From: Octopus sinensis
Lineage: Eukaryota
Direction of reading: 5' to 3'
Length of the DNA stretch: 64,000 bases
NCBI RefSeq assembly: GCF_006345805.1
Contig: NC_043009.1
Coordinates: forward strand, 71,424,001-71,488,000
Shown piece after piece: positions 1 to 12,440 of this stretch. The translations under genes were made by a program, and so were the position numbers. Below the pieces are notes generated by a model. The model was not told where the DNA came from. It ran no database searches and saw only the letters and a program-made list of their open reading frames with translations. The stretch's first letter is position 1. Every line of letters begins with the position of its first letter.

Positions 1-366
1 CTCTCTCGAGTCCTGGTTCGGAAGATATGCTTCTCATCAGACTTAATTTCCATAACAGCAGTTCGAGAGTCGGTGCATACTAAAGAAATGAAAGATGTCC
101 CATCTGACGGACTGGGCAGGTCGTATGTTCCGACTGTAAGCTGTTCATACTGACACCTGAGAAAATGGCACCATGTTGAAATAAGCCTCCCAATCGAAAG
201 CTTTAAATTGATCAGTATGAGTGAATTCACTTGGCCTTTCAATCTTTTGAAGGCGATAAAGAAAAACGAGATTCGGTGCAATCGACTACACCGTGGGACG
301 CAATGCATTTGAATGACTGTAATCTGATAACTAGAAACAGAAAAAAATGTAAGTTACACACTCACA

Positions 367-443
367 CACAAATACATACATACATACATACATACATACA
401 TACATACATACATACATACATACATACATACATACATACATAA
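367..443. repeat. (TACA)n microsatellite
   Basis: Direct reading. Confidence 0.98.
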
Positions 444-1116
444 ACACATATATCCCAAGAGAAGGTGTCCGAACAAGTCTGAGATGTGGCCTTAAAGCTG
501 GAAGAGAAGACGGCCTAAGTCGGCGGATGATTAACGCCTCGTCTGCAGCCGCTCAACGCCACCCACATCTGAGCCCTTATCATCGGCTTTTTGCAGCGCT
601 TCGTGCCTTCTGCTGTGAATAGCAGTAGCCCGACCAAGCAAGCTCTGAAGTTCACTATCGCCTCCAACTTTCTCTCATCCTTAGAAAGCCACAAACATTT
701 GGTCGAAACCGAACATCAAGCACCCGTTCTCATTCATTAAAGACAGAATTGTAGATTTGTTTTGTCGTTGCATCTCCGCCACTCAGGTCCGTATCCAGCA
801 GTTTTTATTGATTCGTTTCTTTGAGTCGATTTTGAATTTCGTGTTGATGAAACGGTTGAATGCCTTTCTCGCCACTTGCACATCGGTTGTAATACCTTTT
901 CCTAATCACCTCTACTAAGTTCCTCACTACACCACCACCCCATTCTCATCAATTTTCCTCCGTTCTACTTTAAATGTTTTCTTCAGGACGCTCCATCATC
1001 GATTGCTGATGGAATGGGTGACTTGGGCGTAGCTGATTTGGCGCCAGCCATTTGGCACAACCGCTTCGGCACTAAATCTATTTAGACGATGGATGTTTTG
1101 GCGACGGTATTGAAAG

Positions 1117-1335
1117 ATGGTGAGCTGGCAGAAATGTTAGCATGCCAGGCGAAATGCTTAGCGGCATTTCGTTCTGAGTTCAATTCCGCCGAGGTCGACT
1201 TTGCCTTTCATCCTTTCGGGGTCGATAAATTAAGTACCAGTTATGCACTGGGGTCGATGTAATTGACTTAATACCTATGTCTGTCCTTGTTTGTCCCCTC
1301 TATGTTTAGCCCCTTGTGGGTAATAAAGAAATGGA
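1117..1335 (+). mobile_element. tRNA-derived SINE, family A (Meta-domain-like core)
   Basis: gagctggcag..gagttcaattccgccgaggtcgactttgcctttcatcctttcggggtcgataaa; flanked by tattgaaag repeat (1108-1116, 1336-1344). Confidence 0.9.
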
Positions 1336-1759
1336 TATTGAAAGTAGACGCGCACAGCAAGAGAGAGATAGAAAGCGAGGTAGGGTATTATTATGCAATG
1401 CTTAAGTATGTATATATATAAAGAGAGTGAGAGGAAAAAGAGAAGGGAGAGAGAGAAAAATTAAACTGCGACACATAAAACTATAAAACTTGAACGACTC
1501 GTCAGTGTAGCAAGAATCTATGTGCAAAGTCTCTAGAATTTGAGAATGTTATGCGAGTGGTTGTCTCAGCCATCAGTTTTATAAAATCTCGAGCACTTAA
1601 TCATCGCCAGTTTAAAGAATTCTTATTGGGTCTTTGTGTCTAATAAAGAATTAAGTTTAAAGAGTTCTTAGAAGGACTTGAATCAGTGTATGGTGAACTT
1701 GTTTACTATTGTACAGTTCATTGGCTGAGTAAAGGGAAGACGCTTCAACGGTTTTATAG

Positions 1760-3275
1760 CCCGAGAGAAGAGGTACCTTCTTAGAAAGGAAGAGTAAATT
1801 TGTTCCTGAAAAAGGATGACTGGATTTGTAATCGTGCATTCCTCGTGCATATAACTACTCATTTAAATGATTTAAATTTAAAATTGCAGAAGCAAAATCA
1901 GTTAATTCATGAGATGTATTCTCATGTCAAAACTTTCCAAACAAAAACCTCAAATTTGGGAGAATCAAGGGAGGACTGGCGATACTTTCCATTTCCCCAC
2001 ACACACACACACATACACACACACACACTAGCCATTCGCAGGTCAACGTCTAGAAATGATGGTTTTGCTGTGGAGGTAACTGACCTGAAAAACGAACTGA
2101 ACATCAGATTTAATGACTTCAGAGCTAGAGAAGCTGATTTTCATCTTTTCGGAAACCCTTTTAACGCTGATGTTGAAAAAGTTCGAAAGGAATTGCAAAG
2201 GGATGTAATTGAGCCTCACAGTGATGGAATTTCTTCGGCAAAAATTTAAAGAGGAATCTTTGGTGCATTGTTATGGAACTCTATCCGAAGAAAACTACCC
2301 GAAATAAGTGTGCTTTGCTCGAAGATATGCCAACATGTTTGGTAGTACGAATAAATACGAACAACTCTTTTCTAGAATGAAAATAATAAAGTCGAAAACC
2401 AGGTCACGGTTGATATTTATCTGGAAGACAGTTTACGAGTTGTAACATCGCAAATTCCTGTAAATGTTGAGAAACTCATCGAAAATGTACAATACCAGGT
2501 TTCTCATCAAAATTCCTAAATTAGTCCTAATAACATCAATAACAAATGGATGAGAAATACGGTCTTACTTGTCTGTATTTTGTGAAGCAGTGTTTTGGCC
2601 ATTTGCGTGTGGCTGAGTCGAACTATTTTCTTCGCTGCACCTTTTTTCTTTTGATTTCAGGTCAAATTAATTTGTTTTTCAATTTCGTTTTCTTTTTTAT
2701 ATATTTTAGTTTCTTTCTTTTAATCATAGATAGATAATGCGTAATGTTAAACGCACATATAATTTTCATTTTGTTAAATTGTTTAATTACGTTTTCTAAG
2801 CCTTTTCCTCAAGTACCATAGCTTGAAACGGTTCGACTAAACCACATCCATAACAATGATTAAATACGATATTTCTTGAATTTTGCAACTTTTCGTTGAA
2901 AGGTTTTCCGTATTTTAAAATATTGGCCGATATTCACTTATTTTTGTTTCAAAACAAACGTTTATAATAATTCTTTTCTCCGGGCAAAGATTTTTGGCGC
3001 TAATTTACAAATGAAAATAATAAAATCTACGATTAAAAGCAAGTGAAATTTTTCTGGTTCTTTTACTCCAAACTTTTCAGCCGAAATTTATTTTTTTATT
3101 TTTTTTATTTTTACGGTCCAGAAAAACGTGTGAATTCTGAAGAAACAAATCAAAACAACCTGAGTTACCGCCCTTCTTTTAGTGTGGACGCGAATGTAAA
3201 TTAGCACTTGCGGCCCGCCTGATGATGAACCATATCTCATGCGGCTCGCTTATCGAAAAAGGTTGCCCGTGCCTG
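1760..3275 (+). mobile_element. hAT (Charlie/SPIN/GTF2IRD2-like) DNA transposon, 3' half, defective
   Basis: DWICNRAFLVHITTHLNDLNLKLQKQNQLIHEMYSHVKTFQTK, LFGNPFNADVE, dimerisation-domain MFGSTNKYEQLFSRMK; right TIR ggttgcccgtgcctg ending at 3275, followed by ctttagta (nTnTAgan-like target). No left TIR found. Confidence 0.88.
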
Positions 3276-3308
3276 CTTTAGTAGAAAGAATTATAATTAT
3301 TATTATTT

Positions 3309-3650
3309 CTTTTTATCTCAGGTTTTGTTGTAACTTGTGGAGTCTTGCATGCGCAGCGGGCCTGTTACCTGCAGCCTACGGTACCATGCTACCTGCCCTT
3401 ATACTTTCCTGATTATCCTGAACGTGCCAAGGAGGCAAAACTCTTGTAACAGTTCCTCTGGGCACTCTATTCCAATTTCGTTTATATTCCTCTTGATGCC
3501 TTCTGCCACTGTTCCCAAGGACCCAACAATTATTGGCACTATCTTCGTCTTCATTTTCCATAGCCGGGCTATTTTGTACTTAAGAGTGTTGTCTCTAACT
3601 ATCTTTTCTATGTTCGATGTGCAGGGGTATATATATGGGGGTATGTTTGT
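3309..3650 (-). mobile_element. Dong/R4-clade (restriction-like endonuclease) non-LTR retrotransposon 3' relic
   Basis: KYKIARLWKMKTKIVPIIVGSLGTV..LQEFCLLGTFRIIRKV is the typical R4/Dong C-terminus; its 3' end abuts a (TAA)n tract, the known Dong target. Confidence 0.75.
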
Positions 3651-4541
3651 AAATGGTATATACAGGGATGTGCGTATCACGTACCTTGCTTGGTGTTCTT
3701 AATATTAAAATACCTTGGTTCGAAGAATGAAATGTGGTCCTTTCCGTGCCATAGGCTCAAAAGTTCGGTTTCCCAGATTCTGTGGCGTATATATTTTCCC
3801 CGTCCGACCCGAAGCCGTTCGTCACAAGGTTATACATTTTTGTCAGCTGAGTGGGGCAAAGTGAAATGAAATGCTTTGCTCAAAAGCACAATCCATCGGT
3901 CTGGCTAGGAATCGAAACCAGAAGCTTACTCATGAATGCAACACCTTAACCACTTAGCCACACGCATCTGTGGTCGTAGATATTCCTGTATAGTTTTCAA
4001 TGCTGAATACTAATGCGAATGCCTATTTATCAAGGGAACCAGCGACAACTGGTCAGACAATTTGATTGATTAAAAATCGATAAAAGAAAAAAAGACAAAG
4101 AATGTGAGTTTTGTCGTCGACGTGTTTTTTCTTTTCTTTTCTTTTTTTTCTGCCTTCTTTTATATTTTTGGTCAGTGCCGCCGCCGCCGATTCTGACGGC
4201 AGAACCGTTTTTCTACTCTTTATAAATTGATAACCCCCCCCCCCCCACCGACATCTGTTTCTCCATATCTATGGCAGCACGGCTTTGCTTTGTATAATTA
4301 GAATTATTACTCAGTGTGTGTGGTGTGTGTTGACTGAGGTCATCGCTAATCGAGTCCAGAGCAAAGGCAATACAATCATGACCACCCCGTCTTTTCCCTC
4401 GACACCACATTATGCCTAAATGCCTTTCTTTAATCAAATAATAGGGTGCGAATTCAGAGATCTTGCTAGTATTTCTGGCAGGCCGAGAACCATATGAAAG
4501 CTACATCGCTGTGTTTCTAGGTACAAGTATGTTTACGCATT

Positions 4542-4573
<32 letters not shown>

Positions 4574-7500
4574 CGTGTGCGTGTGTGTGTGTGCGCGCGC
4601 GAGTGTGTGCGTGCGTGCGCTGAATTCGTGATTGAGTCCTTTTCAGTTTTGAATGAATTCTGAAGAGGTGGTCATCATCACTGATTAGTTCTCGGCAAAT
4701 AAGTTTGTTTCTACTTCCAATGTTGATTTGTAACAGTGATACAGGGTTACAAACGATTGAATGGACCCTGGAATGATGAAAAACAAAGCTGGCCTCAGCC
4801 TGGTTTGAAATCAGAACTGCAAATCTCTAGGGTTTTACCTTTGTTGCATTGTCTTTTCAATCATTCAAACCAAACATTAAAAGCAGCAATCTACAAAACT
4901 GAGGAGACCCCTGGAAATAATAAGGACTGGCCTTCCACCAACTAAATTGAAACAAAATTTTCATTTTAGTTTTGCTAAAATACCTGTCATATACTGAGGT
5001 TGAGTCAACTAATTTCTTAGGGAATCAGTATTCATCTAAATCTGATCCAATGGAATAACTCGGTTTCTCGAGACGTCTCCGTGTCAGAGTGTTCCAAGCT
5101 GATCAGGACGAGTCAGTCGGTAGAGACCATTTGTGGCATAACTATACATGGATTCCCAGGGAATAAATCTGAAATGAGGAGGGCCACAATGTCACCTCCT
5201 GCGACCGTCGATCCTCTTTTCGACACTGTCCGTATTCTCCATCCATGAGGAGACGCAACATCCCTTAGTGAACTCTCCAGAGTTGGACACTACTTTCTTC
5301 CATTTCTTCTCCATTCCAAAAAAACTCCCATTTTCCTATTTTAGCTTTTTTTTTAATGTTAAAATTAGGCAAAAGATTAGCAACTTCGAACATTAGATGA
5401 TATGTTTTGTTAATTAATTTTAGCAGAACCGTTTAAGATACCTTGTGGTATTTGTTCCCGCCCTCTGCACTGTAACTTCAAATCCCTCTCAGATCAGTTT
5501 TGTCTTTCGTCTTTTCAGGGTCAATAAATAATGCCACAATCAAACTCTGGGATCCAGTCTCCCTTTGGATTCTACTCGCAATTTAAAGGTTTCACTTTGT
5601 CGCGACGATCTCTTGATCTCAGAATCGCGTTAAAGACGCAGATGACTATGGAATACTCAGCCGCAAGCGTTAATTTCACGAGTAAGAATTTAGCTGGTTA
5701 AACAACAGGTCATTGTACAGACCAACGAAGAATATACCAATTCTGTTTAGGTTCGCAATTAAAATCTTTATTTTCATCCTTTTATGGATTAAAACAAATC
5801 ATCGTCCAAGAGTTCGAATTGCCTTCACCGACAATTGCCAAACCTCGGGCTGTGATCTTGCTTCTGCACATTAAACCAATATTGTTACCAGCAAAGAAGC
5901 TTCTACTTGCTAGAAACTGTAGCCAAATCTCCACCAAACCACACCTTTCCGTCTTTAAAAAAGAGGGCGGGGATACATTGGATAATGTGCTTCTTAATGC
6001 AGAAAGAAACGAGTTGGTCATGGCTAGAATGTCATTTGATCATAGGTCTGGTTATCATTGTTTTGTATCAACAAGATACGCCCCCCCCCTCGAGAGCGCA
6101 TGCGACTGTATTAAAATGTAAATTTTATTTTCTTTTGGTGCTAAGGAGACCAGGATCCAAGGAAACTGGTCGATCTCTTTGGGGTTAAATTTGTCGAATC
6201 TTTTTTCCTTGAATGTAAATATTTTTTTAAATACCAAGACTCAGAGCGTCACGAATAGAGAACAACTACAAAAAAGGATTTTCCGTTTTCCTCTCACTAC
6301 TCCCATTGTGAAGCGCACATGTAGCCAAAATACAGCAACAATGTTCCACATAAAAAACAAGAAGCAGCCGGCTAAGTACCACCACAGCAACCCGTGACAA
6401 TAACAGCAACAACGAAATCCTGTCTCACCAAAACAACCTTTACCATAGTAACGTATTCCCGTAAGCGTGACAACGCCGTTGCTGCCAGCAACCGCCAACT
6501 CGAAAACGGTCTAACAATAACCAACAGCACCACAACTGCCAAAGAGACATCACCACCGATGGCATTAACAGGAACAACACCACAAACCATAAAAAGGTAT
6601 CGTTAGAGAGTTAAGCCAACAGAATTTTTCGCGAACACAGCTCAGAATCACAGAAAGACTTGAGCCGCAGAATTTACGAACAAAAATCAATCCTCAAAAA
6701 AACAGAAAAAAACTGAAAGAAGCAATGTTCTCAGAGGTACCAAGTTAACGTTGGTGAATAAAAGATTTACTGTAGCTTTGGCGTTTTGAATCAGAGTATT
6801 GAAACGTTAACCCAAGGATAGGCACAAAGGAGTCTGGAGTCCGTGGGGAAAGAATAAACAATTTCGTTACAAAACACAATCGATTTGGTTTAATTACTGT
6901 CAGATTCGGATCTGAATTCAAAGCGAGAAAACATTTGATGAGTTTGTCCTTGTCTCATCAGATATGAGCAAGTGAATTTGAAGGAAAAGGTGGTGGGTGT
7001 GCTACCAGAATTCAATATCTGGTGGCAGTTGTCTTCTATGATGAAGATGAGACATCCCAGAGGTTCACAGGGGTACCAAGAAAACTGGTCAAGTATGGGT
7101 ATGCAGCTTATCAATCCAGATTGACCAAGAGCTCAAAGCCATTCCTGATGTAATCAATGAGACAGGTGGAAATAGCACCAGTCTCACAGTGTCAGTACAC
7201 AAAGGTATCGCGTTTGAGGCTCAACCAAACATCGAAGATTTTCTGCCCACAGAAGAGGGCATTTGAAAGAAGACCCACAATATTATCAACACCACAGTCT
7301 AATTAAAAAGATGACACCTAGAAAAATTATCTCCATAAGAAGGGTGAGAAAGAGAGAAAATGGCAAAACCAATCTGTCCTCACAAAAGTCTGGGAAGTTT
7401 GATGGCCGTGAGCTCTGCCATTCCTTCTCTGAGGTTCTTCCAATAATAGGGGAACCTCTGCATGGTTGCACGTTCTGCAAGAAACAGTTAACAAGAAGCC

Positions 7501-8699
7501 TAGAGCTTGCCCACATAGTACCAACTTCCATGGATCCTACCAAAGAGCTAGTCAGGATTTTGATACATAAATAAGCAAGAATGGTATCAATCCTTTGCCA
7601 TCTCACAATCGTTTTAGAGAGAGAGGAACTACCCCAGTACTAGACGACAGGTATTTCATTTATTGACTTCAAAATGAAAAAGAAGGCCAAGTAGACCTTG
7701 ACAGATTTGAAGTCAGAGTGCAAAGAACCAGAACTGATCCTTAAAAATATTTTTCTCCCCAATGCTCTGAGAACCCTGAAAAATTTTCCTCAACTTTACA
7801 TCTTACAATCTTTGGAATAAAAAAGGAAAGTAAGTGGTACAATGAATGGTGTTGTCTTGGATACACTATACCTGAAAACATGAAAGAGAAAGCATGGCTA
7901 ACAAAGGTTGAACAAACTCGAGTTAAACAACAACAAACAAACAACTCTGAATTCAGGATGAAATTATCAGAGCAAGTCCAAGCAGAAAATACAAGACGAA
8001 AGATTCAAAGAGAAAGTTTGTAAAGCTCATTAGTGAGTGAGGGCAATGTCTTTGCTGACTGGCCTAGATTTTAAGGACAGATCAGCTGGCAACCTGTTAC
8101 ATGAAAACTGGTTAATATTTTACAGCTGGTTTTTTACTACTGAAATAGCAAATAATTAACTAGTCAGCTGAAGCAAACAAGATAAAGCTGTAGTAGTAGT
8201 AGTAGCAGCAGCAGCAGCAGCATTGATTTCTGAGAAAGAGACGTGGCTTCATAACGGTGGGGGGAAAGTATGTTCACTTGTTATTTCATCAACCCTCAAA
8301 ATGAGAAGCAAAGCTGATCCAGGCGAGATTTGAACTCAGAATGTAAAGAGGTGTGATTAAAATTACATACAGCATTTTTCCCACCACCATTAATGTGGTT
8401 ACAATAATGATTTATTTTGTTATGTCATGATAATAATACTTTCTAATTCTGGCACAGAGCCAGCAATTTTGGGAGAGTGAGGTACATTGATCACCCCCAG
8501 TGCACAACTGGTACTTATTTTATCACCCACCTTCATCCCTCACCAAAAAACAGGATGAAGGACAAAAGCATTGGGGCATGATAGTCTTGTGATCTGAGAT
8601 GATTAGGAGGTCCCTGCAAAGCCCTGCTGTTGCAGATCCCTTAAAGGCTCACCACAGGTATTATGTACCAGTGATTCACATTCAGCACCAATATTCTTT

Positions 8700-9020
8700 T
8701 TGTTCTCTGATCCTTTTGGCCACATAGGATAGCATTAACCTACAAACAGGCACTTGGGAACCAGCCCCACCTACCTTCTCATTTATCACTAAACATGTCT
8801 ATTACCCATCAAGGAAGTACAGAGCAGTCGTAGTCACTCTAACTGCATTTTTCCAAGAATACATATGAAAACCTTTCATCTTTTTGATAATGGACAAAAA
8901 TCCATGACTTTGCTCAGCCCTTCCCACATTAAATCCTCACCTAAAAACACAGTCTTCCTTGATATATCCCTTTCCCCTTCACCAGAAGCTGGTTTATCTT
9001 CAATAACTTGCCACAATCGG
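8700..9020 (+). mobile_element. Possible Penelope-like RT relic
   Basis: SPSHIKSSPKNTVFLDISLS resembles PLE RT (HPSIKFT..PFLDIS); degenerate GT..GT..PTY upstream. Very decayed. Confidence 0.45.
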
Positions 9021-9805
9021 AAGCGACAAAAGCCAAACAGCTGTTGCTAGCTTTATTCCTGTTTAGACTCAGGCTTTCATCAGGGATTCTTGTTTATTTG
9101 TTTTTCTTGATTTTTTTCAATGTGTAACTATAAATATTTCTGCCCTAAACTGTCTCTCAGTGTCTGGTTTTGTACTTAAAACTTGCAATGGAAGAAGGCA
9201 TTAATATGTTTTTGCCATTGTAATTGTTACCACTGTCAACAGGTGCCACCACCCTCTGGCACCACACACGTGGCCAGTTTGAAACACAAATGGTTGGCAT
9301 TAAACTAATCTTGAACATTCTTCCACCTCAAAAAATAAGATGGACCTTTACATAATGCAAAAGATTTTCTTAAACTTTTCTCAATGAAAATGAGGAGCTT
9401 TAAAAGAAAAAAAATCTTATCCTAAATGAATCTGGGCTAAAATATGTTTTGTTTTCTCAGAAACTTCAAATCCCTTCCACCATCTTGCCCCTCTTCTGTT
9501 TAACCAGCATTTCTCTATGCTTGCATAAATCAGACGGAATCCTTGAGGCAGATTTTCTAAGGACATATGCCCTTACTGTTGCCAACGTTCACATCTTCCC
9601 TCATGGCCAGACTTTTGTTGACCGAGACCTGGAGACAAGGAACATTACTCGTGCAACACTGATGCAAGCCAAAAGCATTATAACAATGTTATGCAAACCC
9701 AGTCGCAGCATGGCACTCACAGAGCTGTGCCAGTCAATAACAAAGATTATTGAACTCAGGACATAAAGGACAAAATGCTGCTAACCATTCTGCCAGCGTA
9801 CCACC

Positions 9806-9844
9806 TTAATAGTAGTAGTAGTAGCAGCAGCAGCAATAACAATA

Positions 9845-9878
<34 letters not shown>

Positions 9879-9916
9879 TAATAATAATAATAATAATGAT
9901 GATGATGATGATAATG

Positions 9917-9948
<32 letters not shown>
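9806..9948. repeat. (TAG/CAG/AAT/GAT)n compound trinucleotide microsatellite
   Basis: Direct reading; source of the poly-I and poly-Y ORFs. Confidence 0.98.
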
Positions 9949-9955
9949 TGTTTCT

Positions 9956-10531
9956 TTTATTGCCATCAGGATGACAGATGTTCAAATTTGGAAAAAAAAA
10001 CAAAAGCAAAAAAAAACTAATTCTGCTTTAGAAAAATAAAACTGGATTGATTTTTGTTAGAAAATATAGAAAGTAGAATTATCACCTGTTGGAATTAATT
10101 GGCAAAGGTAGTGATGGTCATCATAACAGTTGTGGTGGGAGACAGGAATCAGGGGACAAAGACAGACAGGTGAGGGTCAAACAAGGAAAAAAGAAATAAG
10201 GAAAACATTATCAACAAATATGATAGTGGCTATTAATTTTTTTGGTTTTCTTTTTTACAATTAAATTTTTTAATAGACCACTATTTTTTATTTTTATTTT
10301 TTTTTTATATTTTGGAAATGATATTTTTTATGAATTCAAACAGGAGACAACAAAATGTAGACGAAAAAAAAAAAACTGTTTTCAATGTGCAAATCCTGTA
10401 AAAGCTTCATTAGAAAAATACAGAATGCGTGCTTGATTTGTTTTTCCCCCACTTTTCACAGCAGCCTGATTTGAAAGAAGTAGCCAACACTAGCATACCT
10501 AGCAAACCCTGTTTCGGAGGTTTTCTTCTGC
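9956..10531 (-). other. Probable 3' UTR of the TUSC3/MAGT1 gene with candidate AATAAA signals at about 10287-10298 and 9956-9961
   Basis: Follows the TAA stop; AATAAA hexamers on the minus strand. The true end cannot be determined from sequence alone. Confidence 0.4.
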
Positions 10532-10547
10532 TTACTTGAACAGGAAA
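10532..10547 (-). CDS. TUSC3: TUSC3/MAGT1 terminal coding exon: (S)FLFK-stop
   Basis: Acceptor tttttccgctgtctttttcAG followed by T TTC CTG TTC AAG TAA; gives YPYSFLFK*, like the YPYSFLIK/YPYSFLMS endings of the family. Short, so less certain. Confidence 0.8.
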
Positions 10548-10612
10548 CTGAAAAAGACAGCGGAAAAACAGATAATGCTTTGTACATCATTATTATTATT
10601 ATCCTCGTTACT

Positions 10613-11225
10613 AGAGCAGAGAGCTGGCAGAATCGTTAGCAGGTTGGGCGAAACGCTTAGCAGTCTTTTGTCTGCAGCTACATTCTGAATTCAAATTCCG
10701 CCAAGGTTGACGTTGCAGTTCATTCTTTCAGGCTCGATAAATTAAGTACCAGTTGAACACTGGGGTCAATACAGTTCTTTATTTAAGAGATGAGGAATTA
10801 TTTACATTATTTACAATTCACAGATATTTGTCCTCATCTTGTTTGTTGTTAACACAACGTTTTGGCTGATAGACCCTCCAGCCTTCATCAGAATATGCCA
10901 CAGGCATATGGCGTAGTGGTTAAGAGTGTGGGATACTAACCCCAAGATTCTGAGTTCGATTCCAGGCAGTGACCTGAATAATAATAATAATAATAATAAT
11001 AACATTGAAAAATACCTTAGGAATGAGAACCCAGGTTTGAAATTTCCCCAAGACACCTGATGAAGGCTGGAGGGTATATCAGCCGAAACATGTTAACAAC
11101 AAACAGGATGAGGACAAATATCCGTCAAACGTAAGTAATGTACTGGGGTCAATGTAATTAATTTATCCCCTCCCCCAAAATTGCTGCCCTTGAGGCAAAA
11201 TTTGAAACCATTATTATTATTATTA
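10613..11225 (+). mobile_element. Family-A SINE split by the hammerhead-bearing insert
   Basis: Head and core at 10613-10770; tail resumes at 11142 (actggggtcaatgtaatt..gaaacc attatt). Confidence 0.85.
10771..11141. mobile_element. Penelope-like/retrozyme-like non-autonomous insert: inverted arms with minimal hammerhead motifs, central tRNA-like Pol III head and (AAT)n
   Basis: 12-bp direct repeat actggggtcaat at 10759-10770 and 11142-11153; inverted arms about 10803-10891 and 11057-11142; gacac-CTGATGA-a-ggctg..cagcc-GAAAC at 11052-11089; A box tggcgtagtgg and B box gagttcgattcc at about 10909-10963. Confidence 0.75.
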
Positions 11226-11559
11226 CTGGTGATACTTCTTTATAATCTAACCTTCCACCTGGCACACAGCCACTTCCCTTGGCGTCACCCCTTCTCTCAG
11301 CTGAGAGGTCTTTGTCTTGCAAGCTACTTGGTGACCCCACTGGGGCTGGTGCCAAATGAAAGGCACCCAGTACCCTCTGTAAAGTGGTTGGTGTTAGGAA
11401 GGGCATCCAGTCTCATAGAGAGTATACCAAAACAGACAACTGGATCATGGCATGGTTCTCCGGCTGGCCAGCTCCTGTCTAACCATCCAATGCCAGCTGG
11501 CATGGAAAATGGACATCACATGATGATTACTCATAACCCTCAGTCAATCAGACACTGCA

Positions 11560-12440
11560 ATAGGTGAAACATTCACTTTAGCTTTTTATAGAAGATTAGT
11601 GGAGGAAAAGTGTGATGACATTCTTGGAGAGACCTTAGGAATGGAAGAAGATCAACAGGCTGCTGCTTTCCCGAGACCAATGGATAATTTCCAAAACCCT
11701 CTGGCCTGGCAGTGCAACCATGGAGCTTTGTCTGTTTGAGGTAAACTTTACATGCATGGAAGTGCTGTCGACTGAGCATGTCTGAGACGCACGCAGGATG
11801 ATGAGACAGTCTTGTATGCACTCGTCCAGTGCCCGAGCATTGCTGACCAACGGGTTTATGTCGAACAACTGCTGTCACGTGTGGGATGGATCCAGCTCTC
11901 AACTGAATCCATCGTGAAGATCATTTCCACCACCTTACTTTAACCGGGAAGGAAAGCCTGTTTTTATATGCCTGGTGGTCATGGCGAAAGAGGTTGTATT
12001 GAGGACGAGATTGAAGGGGTTGAAGACAAAAGCTTTTCTCTTTGGCCAATCCCTGATGAACTTGAAAAGGAAAATAAGGGTCAAGAGGGAAGTGTTGTGT
12101 TCTGGCCAGTTTGCTGAAAGGTGGATGAAAGTGGCGAGAATGGGCCTTGCCCTGAGCATACGCCTGTAGTTGGAAAAAAAGGAAAGGAAAAGAGGCACTT
12201 GCTCCAAAAGTCAGGGTATCCATGGTTTTTTTATGGGGTTTTTCCAAGAGCAGCCCTCAAACGTCTCCTCCTTATTGAGGAATACACATTATTGATTTTC
12301 TTTGTTTTTGATTAATTTTGCTGGTCTTGTTTACATGCAAAACCTTCACAACAACACACACATCTTTTGTTTTGTCCTGTTCTGTCCATGTTTTTCTTAA
12401 GGTAAACCCTTGAGGTTAATAAAGAAATCATTATTATTAT
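11560..12440 (+). mobile_element. Tx1/L1-clade LINE 3' end
   Basis: ETVLYALVQCP zinc-knuckle remnant, YVEQLLSRVG, MAKEVVLRTRLKGLKT..SGQFAERWMKVARM; 3' UTR ending aataaagaaat(catt)attatt. Confidence 0.8.

Noticed and set aside
1-200. CTGATGAG (minus strand) and CTGAGAA..GAAA motifs suggesting hammerheads or a Penelope end
   Set aside because: The catalytic GAAA and stem geometry are incomplete, and the context is cut by the window edge.
1016-1105. Repeated ttggcg motifs resembling a DNA-transposon subterminal region
   Set aside because: No matching second terminus or transposase could be identified.
4150-4540. CpG-containing patch with (GCC)n and a possible plus-strand exon as the start of a neighbouring gene
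   Set aside because: No recognisable protein, weak splice sites and no partner exons.
10905-10975. A real tRNA gene
   Set aside because: A and B boxes are present but I could not form an acceptor stem or full cloverleaf; it sits inside a mobile insert.
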